Shown here: positions 39,253 to 43,584 of the stretch, piece after piece
Position numbering within the stretch: position 1 is the stretch's first letter
Layout of the letters: every line of letters starts with the position of its first letter
Assembly (NCBI GenBank): GCA_003649205.1
Contig: QMRC01000015.1
Location: 1-43,584, forward strand
DNA from: Thermoprotei archaeon
GTDB lineage: Archaea; Thermoproteota; Thermoprotei; Thermoproteales; B15-G16
DNA: 43,584 nucleotides
Reading direction: 5' to 3'
Program-made: the position numbers and the translations under genes
Notes under the pieces: generated by a model
What the model was told of the DNA's origin: nothing
The model's input: only the letters and a program-made list of their open reading frames with translations
Databases searched by the model: none

Positions 39253-39547
39253 GAACTTCCTATCACAATAGGCACGTGGTAGTTCATCAGTATCACTACA
39301 TCCATGAATAGGAGCTAAGTTCAGAAGCAACGAGAGCAAAACCTATGAGAATAGATTGAGGGTAGATGGTACCTAAGTCAAGAGAACACGTAAGTAGTAT
39401 CAACAGAGTGACCTAGCTGAAGTAAAGTCACTAAATCACTACCTAATTTTCAATTACTTTCGATAAACCACTAACTCAAACTCAATTTAAGAGAAATCAT
39501 GTAGCGAGAGAATCTCTATAGCTAGGATCCCAGTAGAGAAGCTCAAT

Positions 39548-40050
39548 GTGCCCACTCAAGATGTTGAGGAGAAGATAATTGAGCTCTATAGACGAGGATA
39601 CTCACAGAGAGCAATTGAGAAATTACTGGGAATCAGTAGGAAGACCATTAGGAGAGTACTGTTAAGACACGGCGTAGAGATTCGAGTTCACTACAAGAAG
39701 CTAGATTGGAGTAAACGAGAAACCATAGCATACCTCCTCGGAGTACTTCTCGGAGATGGATATGTGAGAGAAGGAAGATAGAGCTAGAGGAAGCTACAGA
39801 GTTAGGAATCACAGTACGTAACAAAACGCTAGCTGACAAGTTTAAGCAAGCATTGGAAATCACCAGGTTAAAACCATACCTCAACTTATTACTATGCTAG
39901 GCAGGAGTATGCTCACGAGAACTTAGAAATCTCTTCCTTGAATTCAGAGAGAACTCATAGAAAATTCTCAAGTGATCACCTACGTTAATGAGAAGGGATA
40001 CACACTTGGCCAAAGAGCCCACGCACTACTTTCTCAAAGGAATGCAAAGG
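39548..40050 (+). pseudogene. Decayed HTH + LAGLIDADG endonuclease
   Basis: HTH (IIELYRRGYSQRAIEKLLGISRKTIRR), motif 1 AYLLGVLLGDGYV, frameshift near 39770 into ITVRNKTLADKFKQAL, in-frame stops, remnant second motif HYFLKG near 40030. Confidence 0.7.
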
Positions 40051-40181
40051 ATTAGGCATAGCGACTGACCTAAGACCTCGAGAGTGGTAACTTTCTAACA
40101 CATAAAGTCTTGAGCTTTCTTCCAAGAACAGGACGTAAGGTACTTAATTAAACCTTACACATTAAGCGAACACATTAAGTA

Positions 40182-41315
40182 ATGTATGCTATGTATAGGC
40201 TTACGCCTAGGCATGTAAAGACAATGTTAAGTACCTTTTGTTGTCGGTTATGGGATTACGCACGTACCCACATCATGATATTGTCTATTGCTGTTTTACT
40301 GCTGCTTAGTCATTACTTAGTGCCTGATATTTATGTCTGGACAGCTCTATACATTCAAGTATATCTCGTGCTTGTGATGATTTTCATCGTTGTGATACTA
40401 CTTCATGCTATATATAGAGCATACCCCTACGAGCTTTGGCATGGAAAGTTGTTCCAGGTATTTTGTATTCCGCAAGTATTCTCACGTATGAAGCTCAGCT
40501 ACTTCGTGCTCACGTACATATTTGCCTCTGCATTGCTATTAATAGCACTTACTGGGAGACTAGAGCTAGGTCAGAAGGCAGTACTTGCTCAGATACCGTT
40601 CTCAGGTCTCTTGTTCACACTCCAAGAATGGTTCAAGTGGATAGGTTCAACAGGTGAAATCATCGTGACCAGTGCCAGGGATAAGGTCGTGAACGAAGAA
40701 GGTAAGATAGTTGTTGAAGCTGTTACAAGAGGTAATGTGTTGAAGAGAGCTAGAGCATCTATTCGAATGGAGGTCATTGACCATAATGGTAAAGCTCAAG
40801 AGCATCTCAACGATTTCCTCGTAGTAGGAGACTGTGATACATGTAAGCTTAAGAGAGAAAGAGAAGGAGCATGTGAGGAGTTCTCACTATGTGCTAAACG
40901 TGTTGTTGGTGAGTACGTCCCATGGTCTACACCTGAATACCCCATTACAAGATATATTCATAGGCATAAGGCTGAGGTTGGGTTTCCCTGGGTGTATACC
41001 GACTACTGTCACATAACCGATATTACACCTGGTGTTACAGCAAAGATCCTAATTGGGTACATAGATCGCAAGCATAGAGTACTGAAGATCTATAGTGAAT
41101 ATGGTGCACCGGGCCCCAAGTACGATCCATGCTGTAGACCATTAAGAACGTGCATAGACCTTAGGAAACTCTACAGCAAAAAAGCAAAGCTTAAGCTTAT
41201 CTTAACAATATCTGCAGAGAATGCTAAGTACCCTGTGAAAGTGGTACTTGAGGTAGAGCCACAGCAGGAAGGCAGTAATGCATACGTAAAGATAGTTGAC
41301 GTTGTACCTGCGTGA
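40182..41315 (+). CDS. Hypothetical polytopic membrane protein with a Cys-containing C-terminal beta-rich domain
   Basis: About 4 hydrophobic segments followed by a soluble domain with CDTC, C....C, CC....C. Confidence 0.7.
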   Translation: MYAMYRLTPRHVKTMLSTFCCRLWDYARTHIMILSIAVLLLLSHYLVPDIYVWTALYIQVYLVLVMIFIVVILLHAIYRAYPYELWHGKLFQVFCIPQVFSRMKLSYFVLTYIFASALLLIALTGRLELGQKAVLAQIPFSGLLFTLQEWFKWIGSTGEIIVTSARDKVVNEEGKIVVEAVTRGNVLKRARASIRMEVIDHNGKAQEHLNDFLVVGDCDTCKLKREREGACEEFSLCAKRVVGEYVPWSTPEYPITRYIHRHKAEVGFPWVYTDYCHITDITPGVTAKILIGYIDRKHRVLKIYSEYGAPGPKYDPCCRPLRTCIDLRKLYSKKAKLKLILTISAENAKYPVKVVLEVEPQQEGSNAYVKIVDVVPA

Positions 41316-41690
41316 AGAGTAGTATCTCACCTCCATGCCAATAGTAGCTCAAGCCCTTTACAATGAGAGCTTACTCTAGCCACTATGCGGGGTATGTCGA
41401 TCTTGAAGTTTATGTCTCAGCATGTACCCCATTACTCAGGATGTAAGAAGACCTGGGAATACAGATCGTAGTTTTTCTCTTTACAAGGATGCAGCATACT
41501 CATGGCTTGGAAACATGACACATTAAGCATGAGGTTAGGTACGGCTTTAGCTTAGAACCCTTTGCCTTCGTTCAATAGAGTATAGCCGCATGCCATGAAT
41601 ACTCTCCCCTTCACTTCTGGTACCTACTCTAGGTACCACTATTTGGATAACAGATACCTAGAGTGGGTACCTAGTATACCTCGATCGTGA

Positions 41691-41738
41691 GGTGTACCAA
41701 ATGGTGTACCATGTGGTGTACCATACGGTGCACCATAC
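41691..41738. repeat. Four tandem 12-bp repeats GGTGYACCANNN
   Basis: GGTGTACCAAAT GGTGTACCATGT GGTGTACCATAC GGTGCACCATAC. Confidence 0.9.
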
Positions 41739-41779
41739 ATTGCTAAAGACTTATCTTTGAGTACAACATCACCTACTAC

Positions 41780-42117
41780 AGATGATCCCCAGTACCCTTT
41801 AGGGTACTGGGGTGATTCCCTGAGCGTAAGGCGATGAGGGGGAACTTCACCTACCCTAGGGATCTTGAGCGTAACGCAATGAGAGGATGAACTAGGGTAG
41901 GTGAAGGAGAGGGGGTGGGGGACAAGGGACTTCACAGAAACAAACATTGAAAGAACGTGCTAGTAAATCCAGAACACCAACATAGAAACAAACATCGAAA
42001 GGAGTAATGACCTTTAACTCCTGATGACAGACCCTATCCGCTCCCCCCAACCTTACCCAGTAAGGAGCTGGTAAGGTGGGAAGGGGGGCGGATAGGGGAT
42101 GAAAGAGGGGTCTTTTT
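41780..42117 (+). ncRNA. Unclassified K-turn-rich structured RNA
   Basis: Perfect stems 41787-98/41801-12 (12 bp), 41845-59/41892-906 (15 bp), 42032-41/42088-97 (10 bp, extended imperfectly), each bordered by NAUGA/(U)GA K-turn-type motifs on the + strand; ends at a T5 run. Confidence 0.65.
41936..42001 (+). repeat. Two 18-nt direct repeats AGAAACAAACATYGAAAG, 48-nt period
   Basis: 41936-41953 and 41984-42001 with one mismatch; partial copy ACAGAAACAAA at 43350-43360. Confidence 0.7.
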
Positions 42118-43289
42118 GGATCCTCGAGTTTAGGGTGGGGTCTCCAGAATTTAAGGCTTTTCTAAAGTTCATAAAGGACCTCGATACGTTAGCTCTAGAA
42201 GAAGCTAAGAGGATCGATCTTCTCGATAGATTAAAACCAAGACAGCAACGTGAAGTACCTAGTCTAAAGGTTAGAATTGTAACTAATCAAGAGAAGACAC
42301 CACACTATAGATTCGGCCTCTTCCTTGGTGATGGGAAGAGAGCAGTATCGACAAGTTACGAAGCTAAGTATACGGTTTCACGACTTGGAAAGAAAATTGT
42401 CGTACTCTCATCATATCCACAACACGAAGTTAGATTTGGGATCTATAGAAAACTTAGTGGTGGATACACTGTACACTACAACATCACATCAATGATACTT
42501 AATGATAAAGGTGAGAGAAAGATACTACCTGAAGTCACTTGGTATCGAGATCTCAGAGCATCTCTCAAACATTATATCAACTACGTAATTGAATTGTTTA
42601 GACGAAGTAGTGGGGAAATACATGGAGTTCTCCAAGATCTAATACACATAGTAAGGCCAATAGTGAAGACAATATTTGAGTCAGATGATAACATGTATCA
42701 ATTCCTTGCAGGGCTACTTGACTCTGACGGTACAGTAATGAAATCACAGGTAATGCTCTGTATACCAGTAGACAGCGTTGAAGGAATAATCCTTGCACTA
42801 ATACTAGAAGTACTAGGTATACCATACAGTACAGGAGAAAAATCCGGAGAAACATACTTCATACTTCCACTAAGTTCAACAACTATAGTGCAACTGCTTA
42901 GAAAAACCATGAACTACATAGTGAACCCCATAAATAAGAGCAGACTTGAGAAGGAACTTCAAAGACAACATAGAGCACTGAAAATCCTAAACTTACAGGA
43001 CTTCTACAACTTCCTCATGAACGTAAAATTAGACAGCAGAGGAAAACTCGTCTACTACTGTGCCAAAAACACTCTTAAACGACAACTATTGGAAAGCCTA
43101 CTTAAACTACACGAAATCAAAGCAGATACCTCAGACGTCAAAAAGGTCAGAATAAGCTATAAAAGAAATCCACAAAACCTAGAGAAACTCGAGAAGTTGT
43201 ATCAAGACCTAGGACTAGAGATACCAGAAGCAATAAAGAAAGCAAAACAAACACTAACACAAAACAAAACGCTAAGAAATTCCAACTAA
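42099..43289 (+). CDS. Free-standing two-motif LAGLIDADG homing-endonuclease-like protein
   Basis: Motif 1 YRFGLFLGDGK and motif 2 QFLAGLLDSDGTV, both acidic residues intact; no intein splice motifs seen. Confidence 0.82.
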   Translation: MKEGSFWILEFRVGSPEFKAFLKFIKDLDTLALEEAKRIDLLDRLKPRQQREVPSLKVRIVTNQEKTPHYRFGLFLGDGKRAVSTSYEAKYTVSRLGKKIVVLSSYPQHEVRFGIYRKLSGGYTVHYNITSMILNDKGERKILPEVTWYRDLRASLKHYINYVIELFRRSSGEIHGVLQDLIHIVRPIVKTIFESDDNMYQFLAGLLDSDGTVMKSQVMLCIPVDSVEGIILALILEVLGIPYSTGEKSGETYFILPLSSTTIVQLLRKTMNYIVNPINKSRLEKELQRQHRALKILNLQDFYNFLMNVKLDSRGKLVYYCAKNTLKRQLLESLLKLHEIKADTSDVKKVRISYKRNPQNLEKLEKLYQDLGLEIPEAIKKAKQTLTQNKTLRNSN

Positions 43290-43292
43290 ATC

Positions 43293-43319
43293 TCCCCCAC
43301 CCCCAACTTTTCCCTCTCC
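43293..43319. repeat. 3' arm of a long-range inverted repeat enclosing the LAGLIDADG ORF
   Basis: TCCCCCACCCCC (43293-304) is the exact reverse complement of GGGGGTGGGGGA (41911-22); TCTCC (43315-19) can pair with GGAGA (41906-10). Confidence 0.7.
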
Positions 43320-43425
43320 AACCTCAAGCAAGGAGACTCATAAACAAAGACAGAAACAAAGTAAGCATTACTAAACAATCAATAGACAAAGGTAAATGAA
43401 ATGCACAAGTCCGGTAAGATAAATT

Positions 43426-43584
43426 TTACGAAGTCCGTGCTGTTCCGCGCTTGCGACCTGTTCTTCGCGGAGCTATATGCCCCACTTTGGCTCCTGGGGG
43501 TGCTGTGCGTGGTACTGATGTTGATCCGCCGGGGCGTTTTCTTCTTCCTGTTCCGTGTGGGTGTGCGTAGGCGCCCATTGCTAC
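43426..43584 (-). CDS. rpl2: 50S ribosomal protein L2 (uL2), 3' end only
   Basis: Minus-strand translation [52 protein letters not shown] matches the uL2 C-terminus; not in the ORF track. Confidence 0.9.
   Translation of the reverse strand, partial: VAMGAYAHPHGTGRRKRPGGSTSVPRTAPPGAKVGHIAPRRTGRKRGTARTS

Noticed and set aside
41639-41947. 102-aa minus-strand ORF with GxPx repeats
   Set aside because: It lies antisense to the hairpins and the repeat array and is probably incidental.
41835-42001. RNase P RNA (GGGGAAC, ACAGAAAC, TGAAA resemble CR-I/II/III)
   Set aside because: The CR-I-like segment is locked in a 15-bp local hairpin, and no CR-IV/CR-V or P4 partner was found; worth confirming with cmsearch.
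41936-42001. Canonical CRISPR array
   Set aside because: Only two short repeats, no leader and no cas genes in the window.
42021-42112. Hammerhead ribozyme (CTGATGA...GAAA)
   Set aside because: No stem II closing pair directly after CUGAUGA and no convincing stem I/III with a UH cleavage site; a K-turn explains the motif better.
42099-43289. Intein
   Set aside because: No N-terminal C/S splice block, no C-terminal HN-C/S/T motif and no flanking extein.
43430-43584. GC-rich terminus as a tRNA or rRNA
   Set aside because: It translates cleanly as the uL2 C-terminus on the minus strand; no tRNA or rRNA was recognised anywhere in the window.

Overview
Chromosomal window from a (hyper)thermophilic archaeon of the Thermoproteota/Crenarchaeota (evidence: L35Ae, DUF2192, PaREP1 remnant, ATP-dependent ligase, XPD, IPK/IDI-2). 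About 1-35.3 kb is mostly housekeeping: DHH phosphoesterase, ModE-PBP regulator, SppA, Pcp, XPD, a multi-C2H2 zinc-finger gene overlapping topoisomerase IA, two CdvA-like coiled-coil genes, ligase, CyaB, rpl35ae, GPN GTPase, AMMECR1, Mut7-C, RqcH, a 1779-aa S-layer-like protein, and eno-rps2-MEMO1-ipk-fni. Six intergenic box C/D sRNA candidates are readable by eye. About 35.3-43.4 kb is a variable island with pseudogenes (DUF998, PaREP1, HTH-LAGLIDADG) and three clan-AA protease-fold genes that lack the catalytic Asp. The most unusual element is at about 41.7-43.35 kb: tandem 12-mers, a K-turn-rich GC-stemmed structured RNA and a free-standing two-motif LAGLIDADG endonuclease ORF enclosed by a long-range inverted repeat, with no host rRNA/tRNA gene. 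A second unusual signal is an extreme amino/keto strand skew, independent of gene orientation, that flips inside the S-layer-like gene. The window ends in the 3' end of rpl2. All family calls come from motif recognition by eye; no database searches or folding programs were run.
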